Virus record (IMG/VR): IMGVR_UViG_3300049203_000077
Coordinates: 1-64,000 of that record
Direction: 5' to 3' (one strand)
DNA: 64,000 nucleotides
Source of the DNA: a virus
Taxonomy: Duplodnaviria > Heunggongvirae > Uroviricota > Caudoviricetes
A program made the translations under genes and the position numbers. Below are positions 46,285-57,600 of the stretch, piece after piece; within the stretch, counting starts at the first letter, position 1, and each line of letters opens with the position of its first letter. The notes beneath the pieces were generated by a model. The model searched no databases. It was not told where the DNA came from and worked only from the letters and a program-made list of their open reading frames with translations.

Positions 46285-46344
46285 TCATTATTCATCTTTT
46301 AATATTGGCGGGTGGGTGCTAAACCCGTCCGCCATTAATTTTTT

Positions 46345-46896
46345 ATGAAGGGTTTCAGACAACATATATTGGATTTTGAGATAATTCCTACAGGGAATTC
46401 CAAAACTCTTGTCTTTTTAGATTCATCAGACTACTTTAGAGAGCCTGAGAAACCTCTTCTTGAAGTAACTCTTCCTGGGTATAGTAAATATTTTCTAGTT
46501 AATATTACTGCGAGAAAGTTAAATACTCTTAATTCAAATACCATAGGACTTACAGAGCTTCTAAATAATGACTGTTTAATTGATTTACCAGATGGTATTT
46601 ATACTTTTAAGTATAAAATTTGCCCTTATGATGAAACATATATAGTAAAGAAGTTCTTCAGGACTACATTATTAGAAAAGGAACTAGAAAACTTGTATAA
46701 TCAAATAGAGAATCCAGAGAATATTACACCTGATGAGAGAATATTTGAATATAAGTTGGTAGAGATTCACGCAGGAATTGCAGGTGCTCAGGCAGTAGTA
46801 GAAAAGAATGAGAAAAGGGCTAATTCTTATTATAAAATAGCTCAAAAGCTAATAGGTGAATTAACAGAAGGAATTTGTAATAAAAACTGTAGATAA
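46345..46896 (+). CDS. hypothetical structural protein
   Basis: 183-aa ORF. Confidence 0.35.
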   Translation: MKGFRQHILDFEIIPTGNSKTLVFLDSSDYFREPEKPLLEVTLPGYSKYFLVNITARKLNTLNSNTIGLTELLNNDCLIDLPDGIYTFKYKICPYDETYIVKKFFRTTLLEKELENLYNQIENPENITPDERIFEYKLVEIHAGIAGAQAVVEKNEKRANSYYKIAQKLIGELTEGICNKNCR

Positions 46897-47219
46897 TGGG
46901 ATGTGCACCTTGTGAAGCAGCTAAGAGAGCAATGTCAGCTAGTAAAGTACAGACTATTCAGAAAACATCTGTTCAAAGTGAAGACTGTGAAATAACAATG
47001 GAACAAGTAGATGTATGGTTAAATAAGGTACAATGTGCTCAAGCTACAGGAGCTTACACACAAGTTCCTAATATAACAAAGAAACAGTTAAATATATATT
47101 TAAGTTTCTTACTTTCTGCTAAAAACTATGCTAATAACCCTTGTTACTTTCACAAAGAGCTTCAAGAAATCGAGAGTTTTGTCACTGTTTTAACAGCACT
47201 AAATTTATGCAACAACTAA
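46896..47219 (+). CDS. hypothetical protein
   Basis: 107-aa ORF. Confidence 0.3.
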   Translation: MGCAPCEAAKRAMSASKVQTIQKTSVQSEDCEITMEQVDVWLNKVQCAQATGAYTQVPNITKKQLNIYLSFLLSAKNYANNPCYFHKELQEIESFVTVLTALNLCNN

Positions 47220-47367
47220 TAATATTTGCTGAGAGAATAAGAGGTAAGTACCTCTATGAAATAGATGACTGCAGATTTAGTGTGATAGACTTCTTAAAGA
47301 CAAAATTTAAATATGATCAATATAACATAAAGAGGATTTGTAGTCTTCTTTATAAAAAACAAAAATA

Positions 47368-47826
47368 ATGGCAACAAAGTATTCGTGCGGCACAATTGTT
47401 CCTTCTACATGTGTTCCCTATCAAGGAAAGGATTTGACTTTTCTTTCAACTGAAGATCAACCTGCATGTGACGCTAATATAGATGATGTGTTTGATAAAA
47501 TATCTGCAGCTATTAAAGCACTTCAAGAAGCTACAGATATGGCAAGTCAAACTTTATCTTGTGGAACACTTCCTACTACTAAAACAGTAAAGACAGTGTC
47601 ACAGGCCCATGCTGATAAAATTTGTGCCTTGAGTGCTATGGTTACAACATTACAGCAGCAACTAGCAGGGCTAAATATTGCTAATGAACTTATTACGATA
47701 AATCTTGGATGCCTAGCATCCTCTGCCGCACCTTGTCAACAAGGAACAAACATCTATACACTCATATCTGTTCTTGCGTTATTTGCAAGTGAGATATGCG
47801 CAATCAAAACAGAATTAGGAATATAA
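47368..47826 (+). CDS. short tail-fibre-like protein carrying the shared N-terminal Cys domain
   Basis: 152 aa; its N-terminus (C..C..Y...L...IDDVF) is related to the N-termini of the next two genes. Confidence 0.4.
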   Translation: MATKYSCGTIVPSTCVPYQGKDLTFLSTEDQPACDANIDDVFDKISAAIKALQEATDMASQTLSCGTLPTTKTVKTVSQAHADKICALSAMVTTLQQQLAGLNIANELITINLGCLASSAAPCQQGTNIYTLISVLALFASEICAIKTELGI

Positions 47827-47844
47827 CAATAAAAAATTATAACA

Positions 47845-48567
47845 ATGTCAAATTGCGGGTGCAATTCAACAACAACTTTTCCTGTGGTTTCTATTTGCGA
47901 CCCTTGTAATAGTAATACAGGTTGCCCTATACAACTTGATTGGGATTGCTCAATTTATCACAAAGATAATAATGAGGTGACAAATCTCACTAATCTAGGT
48001 CTTGCAAATGGAGCTACTCTTAATCAATTTGCTGAGGCAGTAGACACTTACATAGGGGAAATAAAAGCACAAGACTATAATCTTCCTTGCTTAAGTGCTA
48101 CATACACAATAAATAGCCTTCAAGAATTTGCAGAGGCAGTAGATACTGTTCTTTGTGAATTAACAGACGATATTACTACTGTGTCAGGATCAGTAGCAAC
48201 ACCGATAACACCAGTAGACACACAATCTATTAATCTGACAGTTTCTGGTACATTAAATCATACATTACAGGCTGATGCTATTATTTCACCAAATTCTGGA
48301 AATAGACTGTCTATACAATCAAATGGATTATTTGCATCTCCTCAGATCCTTTCCGTAAATTATAGTACTAAGGAGTTAACAATAGTTGGCGGTAATACAG
48401 TGTCTCTTACAGCACTATTCACTCCAGTGTCTGGATTTCTGGGAAATGTTACTGCTGACCCTTCTTCTCCTCTGGATGGACAATATTGGTTCCGCACAGA
48501 TTTGTCTGCTGCTAGTGGATTAAGAATTCAATTAGACGGTAATGTCCGTACTATTACAACATCATAA
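47845..48567 (+). CDS. tail fibre / receptor-binding protein paralogue
   Basis: 240 aa; N-terminal CDPCNSNTGC...YH...NLG...F.EAVD and ITPVDTQSINLTVSGTLNHTLQAD parallel the next gene; internal duplication NQFAEAVDTYIGE / QEFAEAVDTVLCE. Confidence 0.45.
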   Translation: MSNCGCNSTTTFPVVSICDPCNSNTGCPIQLDWDCSIYHKDNNEVTNLTNLGLANGATLNQFAEAVDTYIGEIKAQDYNLPCLSATYTINSLQEFAEAVDTVLCELTDDITTVSGSVATPITPVDTQSINLTVSGTLNHTLQADAIISPNSGNRLSIQSNGLFASPQILSVNYSTKELTIVGGNTVSLTALFTPVSGFLGNVTADPSSPLDGQYWFRTDLSAASGLRIQLDGNVRTITTS

Positions 48568-48580
48568 TAAAATTTAGAAT

Positions 48581-50905
48581 ATGCCTAATTGCACGGTATG
48601 TGGTAATGATTATTTAAGATGCAATTGTGAGTCACAACAGCCTTTTTGCGAGCAGTGCTCAGAGAACACTCCTTGTAATTATGAGGTAGATTCAAAATGC
48701 GTCACTTATCACCCATTACCAACTACACAACCATCAAAACTACAGAACTTAGGTATGCCGAATGGATCTACCGCTGAGGAGATCTTTGAGGCTATTGATG
48801 ATTTTCTTGGTAATAGTGCTAATATACCTATTACACCTGTAGACACACCTAGTATAGACATTACAGCTTCTGGAACAGCTAATCATACAGTTAAAGCTGA
48901 TATAAAAGTATCACCAGACACACTAAACCAGCTTGAAATTAGATCGAATGGGGTATATGCTAAACCTTATAATGAAAATTATTGGGTAAAGGTTGATACC
49001 AATGACACTCCTGATTACCTAGAAGAGCAAATAGTTGGTGGATCAGACGGAGTTGTATCTGTAACAGTAGATAATCAGAGTGGACTACTAGTAGTAGTAC
49101 CTACACTAAATATTCAAGCTTTATTAGATAAGATTCGTGACCAATATGGGGATGCATTTTGTGAACTTGTTTCTAATTGCATTTCATATATCTGGATTAT
49201 GAACACTTATCAATGTCAAGCAGAAGATCTTGATCTTATTACGAACAAGACAATAAACAATCTTCCAGAACCTATTACAGCATTTGAGGATGGTGGACGC
49301 GTTTATTTTGTATCAGCAGATAATAGCACTGGATGTATTTGGAGCCTTGATCCAAATACAGCTACTACTGTAGGAGACATCACCTACTTAAATGAAACTC
49401 GTAGTGGACAACCATATGGTGTATCTGGTGGTACATATACATCAGGGGTACCTTATAGAGCTGATGCTGATGGTGGATCTGGAAGTACCCTTATAACAGG
49501 ACACTTTTACGATAAGTCATCAAGAACACTTTATATTCATAGTTATAGATCCTATGGATGTGATTACTATGATTTTGTATCTGGAACTTGGGGAAAAGTG
49601 GGTGTAGGAAGTACAGGATCGGCTTATAACACAACTGTATCTTCGGATATTTTTACGCACATTACAATGCATTCAAATGACACCTCTAATCTCATTATAA
49701 CAGCATGGGGAACAGATTCTTCTACAAGAGGTAGAATGGTTATTGTCATAAATAAGACTACAAAAACACTTGCTACAGAATTGGATGCTACAGGGAGTCC
49801 TACTTTTGCTGGTATAACAGGAAATCCGTTTAACATTAACTGGGGAGGATTTTTAACATCTGATGATAGAATATTTGTTGCAAGAAATAATACAAGTTTA
49901 TATAGAAATATAGCTGTATTTAATTCTAATTTAACTCCAATTCTTGAAATAGTTCCTGTTAATTCTAACACAGGGTTTGGTGGAACATCACAGTACTGGC
50001 AAAATTGCTTCATTGATGTAGATAATAACAAATTCTACATAAATGATTATATGTCAAGAACTATAGAGGTTTATGATACAAACACTTATGCTCTATTAAA
50101 AACATTTACTTTCAACAATAATAGAACATATAGTACTACACAAGTGATATTTGGTATAAATAGTATAACTGGTGAATTGTTTGTAGATCTTATATATGGT
50201 GGAACAGCTATTGCCTCTTCTGACGATGCTCCTACGAATCAAATGATTTCTTATAAGATAGATAGATCTACCCTAGATATAAAGAAAACGTATATAGGAG
50301 GTCCAAGAGCAACAAGTGTTCTCGCGTTAACTAATGGAGACATTCTTACAATTAATGTAGGAGATATCAACCCTTCTAGTCCCACAACAGTGGGTTCTGC
50401 AGTATTTTATCAACAAAATCCATCTGCACTACCAAATGGTATTATTGATGTTTTGACTCTCAAGGAAGTTAACGAAGACACTCTAGTTCCAACAGGAAAC
50501 ACAAAAGCTAACGTTTCTTCTGATCCAGACTACATTGCACCTCACACAGATACAACATTATGTCCTGTGAGTTATACTCTTGATGCTCCTTCTAACATTA
50601 TTCTAACTGCTAAGAGCACAGGTTCAAGGTACTCTATAGATTTTGGTCTAAATGACGATGTTGTTAAAAATCCTGTTTTAGCTTCAATAACAGCTACTAT
50701 CAGAAATACAACAACAAGCAGTACTCTTGGAACTAAGGTGTGGTCCATACCCAATACTCCAAATAATAATGCCTTCTTTGACGAACAATCGCTTGCTGGT
50801 ATTAGTACAGGAGACACTATTGTAGTGGATCTTGTGTATAAAAATTCTTCAAACACTGCAGTAGCTACATATAATAGTGTAGTTTCAGTAACTGCTGTTG
50901 TATAA
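48581..50905 (+). CDS. tail fibre / receptor-binding protein
   Basis: 774 aa; the N-terminal 130 aa are paralogous to the previous gene (CEQCSENTPC...YH...NLG...F.EAIDDFLG; IPITPVDTPSIDITASGTANHTVKAD) and are followed by a long divergent beta-rich C-terminal region. Confidence 0.5.
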   Translation: MPNCTVCGNDYLRCNCESQQPFCEQCSENTPCNYEVDSKCVTYHPLPTTQPSKLQNLGMPNGSTAEEIFEAIDDFLGNSANIPITPVDTPSIDITASGTANHTVKADIKVSPDTLNQLEIRSNGVYAKPYNENYWVKVDTNDTPDYLEEQIVGGSDGVVSVTVDNQSGLLVVVPTLNIQALLDKIRDQYGDAFCELVSNCISYIWIMNTYQCQAEDLDLITNKTINNLPEPITAFEDGGRVYFVSADNSTGCIWSLDPNTATTVGDITYLNETRSGQPYGVSGGTYTSGVPYRADADGGSGSTLITGHFYDKSSRTLYIHSYRSYGCDYYDFVSGTWGKVGVGSTGSAYNTTVSSDIFTHITMHSNDTSNLIITAWGTDSSTRGRMVIVINKTTKTLATELDATGSPTFAGITGNPFNINWGGFLTSDDRIFVARNNTSLYRNIAVFNSNLTPILEIVPVNSNTGFGGTSQYWQNCFIDVDNNKFYINDYMSRTIEVYDTNTYALLKTFTFNNNRTYSTTQVIFGINSITGELFVDLIYGGTAIASSDDAPTNQMISYKIDRSTLDIKKTYIGGPRATSVLALTNGDILTINVGDINPSSPTTVGSAVFYQQNPSALPNGIIDVLTLKEVNEDTLVPTGNTKANVSSDPDYIAPHTDTTLCPVSYTLDAPSNIILTAKSTGSRYSIDFGLNDDVVKNPVLASITATIRNTTTSSTLGTKVWSIPNTPNNNAFFDEQSLAGISTGDTIVVDLVYKNSSNTAVATYNSVVSVTAVV

Positions 50906-50951
50906 TAAATTCAAAAACTATGATTTTGTTGGTTTTTTCATAGTGTTTCTT

Positions 50952-50980
50952 CCCCTGTTTCTACAGGGGATTTTTTTATT
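50952..50980 (+). terminator. intrinsic terminator
   Basis: Hairpin CCCCTG-TTTCTA-CAGGGG followed by ATTTTTTTATTTT. Confidence 0.6.
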
Positions 50981-50983
50981 TTA

Positions 50984-51015
50984 TTTGGAGATATGCAATA
51001 TATTACTTATTTTTG
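50984..51015 (+). promoter_or_regulatory. Bacteroidetes-type promoter
   Basis: TTTG at 50984..50987, a 20-nt spacer, TATTTTTG at 51008..51015; the ATG is at 51031. Confidence 0.5.
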
Positions 51016-51030
51016 TATAAATAATAATTA

Positions 51031-52452
51031 ATGAGTCCAAGAAAAAATTTAAACAATGAAATTGACAAATATATCCTTAATAATCCTCGTCAACCAAATG
51101 AAACAGGTTATTATGGAAAAATAGCTGAATTATTTGGTATTCATCCTGAAAAAGCTCGCAAACGTTGGAGGATGCTCCAACGTCACGGAGCTATTGACAA
51201 TAAGAAAAAAGTTACTATAGGGTATATATCTACAAATATGGATAATCCTAAAACGTCAAGTTACGACGCTAACAGATTTACTACTACCACCACTGCTAAA
51301 AATGAGCACACTCTTAAATTCTCTTCTAACGGCACAGGTAGCATACAAGCTACTACTTCTGAGAAAATAGAGAATCTTAATGACCTCGTGCGTGTATGTA
51401 AAATTGACACCGAAAAATATAGCATTGTAGATTATGAAGTAAAAAGCTACAACGCATGGATTAAAAACGATAATAATGAGATTGAATCTAAGCAGCTTTT
51501 CAGCGTACGTGCTAACTTAAAAGTTAAGCGCACTGATGAAAACCTTAAAGCTCAACGTGATATAATTCTTAATGAGATTAAGAAGGCTGGACTTGAAAGG
51601 AGTGGTTCCGTTGCTTATAAAGGGGAAATTAAAGGATTTGTTGCATTAGATAACAATGATTTAAGTACCAAAGATACAGCTTTAGAGATTAATATTCCTG
51701 ATTTACATATTGGTAAGCTTGCATGGGGTAAAGAAACAGGTGAAGACTACGATATTAAAATAGCTATTGAACGTTATAAGAAGGCAATTAATGAACTTTT
51801 ATCTCGTGTCAATCCTCTAAAATTAGAGAAAATTATATTACCTATAGGTAATGATATGATAAATATTGACAACAAAGCTAATACAACAACAGGAGGAACT
51901 CCTCAGTCTTGCGATTCACGCTTTGGTAAAATGTTTCAAACTGCTAAGAATCTATTAATTGATACTATTGATAAGCTGTCTGACATAGCTCCAGTAGAAG
52001 TAATAGTGGTTCCAGGTAACCATGATACTGTAGCAATGTTTACGCTTGGAGAAGTATTAGACGCTTGGTATCATAATAATGAATTGGTAACTGTGATTAA
52101 CACTCACACACCTAGAAAATATTTACAGTATGGCTCAAACTTACTGATGTACTGTCACGGACATTCAGAAAAGTTGCAGGACTTGGGCATTATTTGTGCG
52201 ACTGAACAACCTCAGTTATGGGCTGCCACCAAATTTCGCAGAGTGCATGTGGGTCACTTCCACCACTCTAAACAAATAAAGTTTACAGATGTTCAGGAAT
52301 ATCCGGGCTTTACTGTAAAGGTATTAAACTCTCTCTCAGCTAATGATGCTTGGCATGCTGAGAAAGGATATGTCTCTCTCAAAGGGGCAGAGGCATTTCT
52401 CTACCATCGAGATAAAGGACTCATTGCTAATTATTATTATTTAAACGGTTAA
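51031..52452 (+). CDS. calcineurin-like metallophosphoesterase with N-terminal HTH-like region
   Basis: Motifs VIVVPGNHD, YCHGHSEK and VGHFHH in the order of MPP/Mre11-SbcD-type phosphoesterases; 473 aa; the N-terminal 60 aa are basic and helix-rich. Confidence 0.55.
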   Translation: MSPRKNLNNEIDKYILNNPRQPNETGYYGKIAELFGIHPEKARKRWRMLQRHGAIDNKKKVTIGYISTNMDNPKTSSYDANRFTTTTTAKNEHTLKFSSNGTGSIQATTSEKIENLNDLVRVCKIDTEKYSIVDYEVKSYNAWIKNDNNEIESKQLFSVRANLKVKRTDENLKAQRDIILNEIKKAGLERSGSVAYKGEIKGFVALDNNDLSTKDTALEINIPDLHIGKLAWGKETGEDYDIKIAIERYKKAINELLSRVNPLKLEKIILPIGNDMINIDNKANTTTGGTPQSCDSRFGKMFQTAKNLLIDTIDKLSDIAPVEVIVVPGNHDTVAMFTLGEVLDAWYHNNELVTVINTHTPRKYLQYGSNLLMYCHGHSEKLQDLGIICATEQPQLWAATKFRRVHVGHFHHSKQIKFTDVQEYPGFTVKVLNSLSANDAWHAEKGYVSLKGAEAFLYHRDKGLIANYYYLNG

Positions 52453-52459
52453 GAACAAA

Positions 52460-52485
52460 CCCCTCAAAAGAGGGGTTTTTCATTT
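52460..52485 (+). terminator. intrinsic terminator
   Basis: Hairpin CCCCTC-AAAA-GAGGGG followed by TTTTTCATTT. Confidence 0.55.
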
Positions 52486-52535
52486 ATAATCGTTCTTAAT
52501 TACGTAATTTAGAAAGTCATAAATTTTCATTACAT

Positions 52536-53249
52536 TTGTACTTATTTTTTCCTATGCCTACAAATAGACAAATAATATCAGATATAATTACAGACTTAAG
52601 GGCTGCTAATCTTGACGACAAGGTTAGTAAAAGATTCATTCTCAATAAGTTAAGGGCTTATGCAAAAACATTTATAAAGCAAGATGCTGAGTCAAGAAGA
52701 CTTCTAAATCTTACAGATTTGTGGACAGACGTTGCATGTGTAGAAATGTGTGAGTATCCTCTTGTAGACTGCTGTAATGAGGATATTCCTGACTGTACTA
52801 CTGTAATGCGCTCAAAGAAAAAAATACCAGTTACATATGAGACAGCTTATGGTGAATTGTTAGAAGTTCATAATCCTATATATGCTAAGGAATTTCGTAA
52901 GAAAACCCCAAAGGAATATAAGGATGTAAAGCTTAGGGAGTTTCAAGATAAACATATTAAGTATTATTGGATGTCAAATGGGTATTTAATTATTCCAGAT
53001 TCAATGGTGCAGTCTGTTAGACTTAGGGGGGTATTTGAAGATCCTGCTGCCGCATTAAAGCTTGATTCATGTTCTGAAAGTGAAGAAAAATGTACTAGCT
53101 TACTAGACCAACCTTTTGTCTGCCCTGACTACCTAGAGTCCGTAATAAAGAAGGAAACTTTGAATGATTTATTTGGCTTCTATAAGAGAGTGACTACTGA
53201 CGAGAGTCCTAATATGAATAATAATCTCAAAGTAAACGAACAACAATAA
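52536..53249 (+). CDS. hypothetical protein
   Basis: 237-aa ORF. Confidence 0.4.
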   Translation: MYLFFPMPTNRQIISDIITDLRAANLDDKVSKRFILNKLRAYAKTFIKQDAESRRLLNLTDLWTDVACVEMCEYPLVDCCNEDIPDCTTVMRSKKKIPVTYETAYGELLEVHNPIYAKEFRKKTPKEYKDVKLREFQDKHIKYYWMSNGYLIIPDSMVQSVRLRGVFEDPAAALKLDSCSESEEKCTSLLDQPFVCPDYLESVIKKETLNDLFGFYKRVTTDESPNMNNNLKVNEQQ

Positions 53250-53764
53250 TGCCAGCGGCGAATAGTCACTATAAATTCCCTGATAGAAAGCAGGTACTGA
53301 GTCCTGAATTATGGAAAGCCTACAGACAAAAGTCAGGAAAAGATATTTCCTACACAGATTTTACAAATATAATTAAGGAGTCAAATAAGAAGATATTTAG
53401 TATTGTTTTAGAAGATGAAAATGGATTTAAACTCCCAGAGAATCTTGGATACTTGTGTATAATCAAGTACAAAACAAAGAAGAAAGCTATCAACTGGTCT
53501 GATACTAAGAAATATGGAAAGAAGATTTACTATTTAAATCTTCACAGTTTTGGATATCGTTATCATATAAAATGGTTTAAGACTGGAATTTCTCGATTTG
53601 CCTTCAATGAAGTGTTTAAGTTTGTACCTCTTCGCACTATGCGTACAGAGGTTTCTAAGAAAATAAAAGCTGGAAAAGAATATCATGAATGGACTCTAAA
53701 AGACTTTTGGAACCAGAATAAACTGGAAAAATTGGTCAATAAAAAGTTAAAAATAGATAAATGA
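53249..53764 (+). CDS. hypothetical protein
   Basis: 171-aa ORF with stop/start overlap. Confidence 0.4.
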   Translation: MPAANSHYKFPDRKQVLSPELWKAYRQKSGKDISYTDFTNIIKESNKKIFSIVLEDENGFKLPENLGYLCIIKYKTKKKAINWSDTKKYGKKIYYLNLHSFGYRYHIKWFKTGISRFAFNEVFKFVPLRTMRTEVSKKIKAGKEYHEWTLKDFWNQNKLEKLVNKKLKIDK

Positions 53765-54648
53765 GTACGATAAATCCCGCAAATAATCTTCAATTTAAAA
53801 AAAATGATGCCTTATTTGCAAGAGTGAGAAGAAGGTTAAGAAGTTTTAACAACGCTGGTCTTCTCGACGAGGGAGATTGGTATTGGTATATAAAAGAACT
53901 ATTAGAGAAGCTTGGTGTAGCGGTATATGAAGAAAGTGAGGCTATTGTTATGGTGAAGAACTATAAAGGTCCACTTCCTGATAATTTCTCATATCTCTAT
54001 GCTGCTTATAAATGTACACCACAGGCTTCTACTCTTACAGACACCAAAAATAACTTATGGCCTCAAACAGGATTTGTGTTCTATATTGATGAAATTCATG
54101 AGCCTTATAGACAATGTAAGAACTGCTTCTCTGCAAAGAGAGATTTTATAGAGGGAGAGAAGTATACAGTAAGAACGTATATTCAAGGAGAGCCTATGAT
54201 TATGAATTTCACTCAACCTCAGCTTCTTAAGGTAGGTGCTAATGCGAGAAGTTTTTGTACAAAAGATTGCAAAAACAAGAACATATTTGGTACAGACATG
54301 GGCGAAATCACTTTGGATAAGAACACCTTATATGCTAACTTTGAAAGTGATGGCGTGTTGTTAAAATACTATGCCTTTCCATTAGATCCAGAAACAGGAC
54401 TTCCTCTTATTCCAGACAATACAATATTCGAGAAAGCTATTGAGGAACATATAGTCTACAACACTCTTAAAGACATGTACCTAAATTCTGAAATTCCTGA
54501 CTTCCAAAATAAACTAGCGATGGTAGCAATGGATTATGAGAAAGCTTTTGGACAAGCAGAATTTTTAGCTAAACTTCCTAGTTTTCAAACTGTCGTTAAT
54601 AAAATAAGAGTAGACAGAAAGAATCTTAGAACATACTTCCAAATCTAA
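53761..54648 (+). CDS. hypothetical protein
   Basis: 295-aa ORF with stop/start overlap. Confidence 0.4.
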   Translation: MSTINPANNLQFKKNDALFARVRRRLRSFNNAGLLDEGDWYWYIKELLEKLGVAVYEESEAIVMVKNYKGPLPDNFSYLYAAYKCTPQASTLTDTKNNLWPQTGFVFYIDEIHEPYRQCKNCFSAKRDFIEGEKYTVRTYIQGEPMIMNFTQPQLLKVGANARSFCTKDCKNKNIFGTDMGEITLDKNTLYANFESDGVLLKYYAFPLDPETGLPLIPDNTIFEKAIEEHIVYNTLKDMYLNSEIPDFQNKLAMVAMDYEKAFGQAEFLAKLPSFQTVVNKIRVDRKNLRTYFQI

Positions 54649-54650
54649 TT

Positions 54651-57600
54651 ATGGCCGATAATAATACGCATATTTCTGTTCCAATAAAAGGAATGAACAC
54701 TGATGTTCATCCTAGTAACCTTACTGAACAAGGGTATGACTATTCTTTAAACTCTGTAGTAGAAGAATTTAGTGGAAATGGATTTCCTATTCTCCAGAAT
54801 GAATCTTCTAACCTGAAGTGCGCAAATTTTCCTTCTGGATACAAAGTTGTAAATGTTGTTAATGTTGTTGAGCAAGATAGAAAAATCTTATTTCTACATA
54901 ACCCAACCACAGGATTTTCACAAATAGGAGAAATATTAGGTAAAAATGAATGTGGTGACTCATTAATAGATAATGATGAAGACTTAGGGTATTGTTCAGG
55001 ATGTGATACAGGGTATTCTCCTGAAAAGTCTCCGTTAGAAGATCAAAATCCAATTCCATGCTGTGAATATGTCACCATTGCGACTCAAACTTGCTTTAAT
55101 TTTAGCATTGATCATCCTATCAGATCTGTATATCGTCTTGAAGATTGTGGTATATCTATATATTTTGCAGATAATCTTAACTACAACCGCTATATTGAAT
55201 TTGAGTATGTGGATGATGATCCGTCTAAGCATCTAAAAATAAAGGATAAATTCAAGGTAGTAATAGGGTTGACACCTGATTGTGAAGCTCCTATTTATGG
55301 AACTCAGATTGACTGTAATAAGCTTAGAATAGACCCTGTTGCTACTATTCCAAATATAAATCTTGTAGATATTACTGGTGGAGGTAGCTTAAAAGCAGGC
55401 GTTTATCAGTTTCTATTTGCCTATTCTAACGAGGATGGTGGAGTAAGAACCCCTTATTTAAATGTCACAAACCCCATCCCAATCTTTACAAGAGAAGTGA
55501 CATTTGATACAGACTATCAAACAGATAGATCTATTACTTTCGAGATAGAAGGAATAGATTTTAATAGTCCATATGAAAATTTTAATATTGCTGTAGTTAA
55601 AACAATTAATAGTGTTTCTAGTTTTGAGTATGTTGGAACATACCCTATTGGAACTACACGTATAACATACACAGGAAATGAGAAAAGCTTAAAAGACCTT
55701 TCGGCTCAAGAGATATTTGCACCAAAGGTGTACTATTCTAAGAGTAGAGGTACAGCTACATCCAATAATTTTCTGTTCTGGTACAGTCCTGAGGAAACAA
55801 AGAAGCTTAATGTACAACGCATTGCTAATAAGGTAAAGCTTTATTGGCAAACAACACAAATACCAGAGAATGCTTACAGAGATCCTCGCAATGCACATAT
55901 CTATAAGACATATATGCGTGATGAGGTGTATCCATTTGGTCTTGTTCTCGTCTATGATAATAATGAAAAGAGTACTATAGGACATATTCCTAATAGGGTA
56001 GCTACTACATCTGATAGAACAATCGTAGATAATACAGATGTTATTACAGAAACAAGTTGTGGTGACTGTGGAGAAGGAAGTTCAGAAGAACAAGTACAAG
56101 CAGAAGACCTAAATGAAACTACGTTTGTACCCAGCAATGATCTTCCGACCCTAAATGAAGATAATTCTAACCAAGAAGAGTCATGTACGTACACTCCTTA
56201 CTCTGATACTCCTTCTACCTCGTTTTTCTCAGGTACAGGAGCAATTCCTATAGTTAATGCTGGTCCTGATCAGACTATTAACTATGATGGTATTGTAAAT
56301 CTCAACGGTACAGAAATACATAGTGGTACATATGTAACAACTTTATGGAAACAGATATCTGGCCCTAATCAAATAACTATTGCTAATCCAACAAACCTTA
56401 ATACTTTCTTTGATGGATTTATTACTGGTACATATGTAATTCAACTTGTAGTTACAGATAGTAATACAAATAGGGGTGTAGATTCAGTTACTATTACGGT
56501 AAATATAGGAACAAACGCTGCACCGGTTGCAAATCCAGGTGGAGATAAGATGATTGTGCTTCCTACATCTACATCATATCTTAACGGAGGACTATCATCA
56601 GATGATATGCTTATATCGTCCTACTTGTGGACTCAAGATTCTGGACCTAATACAGCTACTATAAACTCTCCTACACAGCCTTACACTGATGTATCAGGTC
56701 TTGTAGAAGGCACATACGTATTTAGACTTAGAGTGACAGATAATAAAGAATGCTATTCTGAGGCTACCACTACTATATATGTATTAGATAATCCTTGTGA
56801 TAGTGTTCCTGATCCAGTTAATTTATTATATCCTGTAAACGGTTCTCTAACAAGCTCATTTGCAACAGTCGTTCTTGATTGGGATGACTCTGTTTGTGCT
56901 ACTTCTTATGATGTTTATTTAGCTGTGGATGGAGACCCTTATAGTCTTGTTGGAAACAGCACAAATTCAACATTTACATTAACAAATCTAATTCCTAATA
57001 CTGTTTATAATTGGTATGTAGTTCCAAAGAATGCAGCTGGTGAGGCAGAAGATGCTGATCTTTATTACAGAACATTTGTAACTCCTACAGAATCTTCTGT
57101 ATCAGGATGTGAGAAACAGAAATGGGAAGTGTACAATACTGCCTCTATTATAGCTTCTCCACATCAACCTTATAAAGACTGTGAAGAAACATGTTGGGAG
57201 TATGGGGAGTTTGCCTATTGGGAAAGTACTGAAAAGTACCCAAATAATCCTGATGTATGGGGAGAATTATGTAATGAACCTATTAGATTTCACAAATTCC
57301 CTGATTCTCTTGTAACACATATACATGATGGGTTAAATGCCTCTGTGGATAATAAGAGGGATAACATGATCTATCCAATAGGTATTAAAGTGGATCATAA
57401 TTCAGTTAGAGCAGCTATTGATCAGGCTGTTACAGATGGTATTATAACTCTTGAAGATAAAAATAGAATTAAGGGATATGAGATTGTAAGAGGAAACAGA
57501 TTTGGTAATAAGTCTATTGTAGCTAAAGGTATATTATATGATGTAAATCAGTATAGACGTAAAAGGGATGGTAATTATTTTGATAATGACATAATCTATT

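Noticed and set aside
277-55232. Numerous 60-150-codon ORFs antisense to, or out of frame within, long genes (e.g. 277..495+, 1826..2065+, 5360..5797-, 6300..6746+, 6739..6987+, 15207..15596+, 26036..26293-, 26160..26555-, 34349..34678-, 38814..39062-, 38860..39141+, 39523..39837-, 49624..50031-, 55689..55985-)
   Set aside because: Each is embedded in a longer ORF with better protein-like composition or recognisable motifs, and many show poly-Lys, Phe, Ile or Leu runs from translating AT-rich DNA out of frame.
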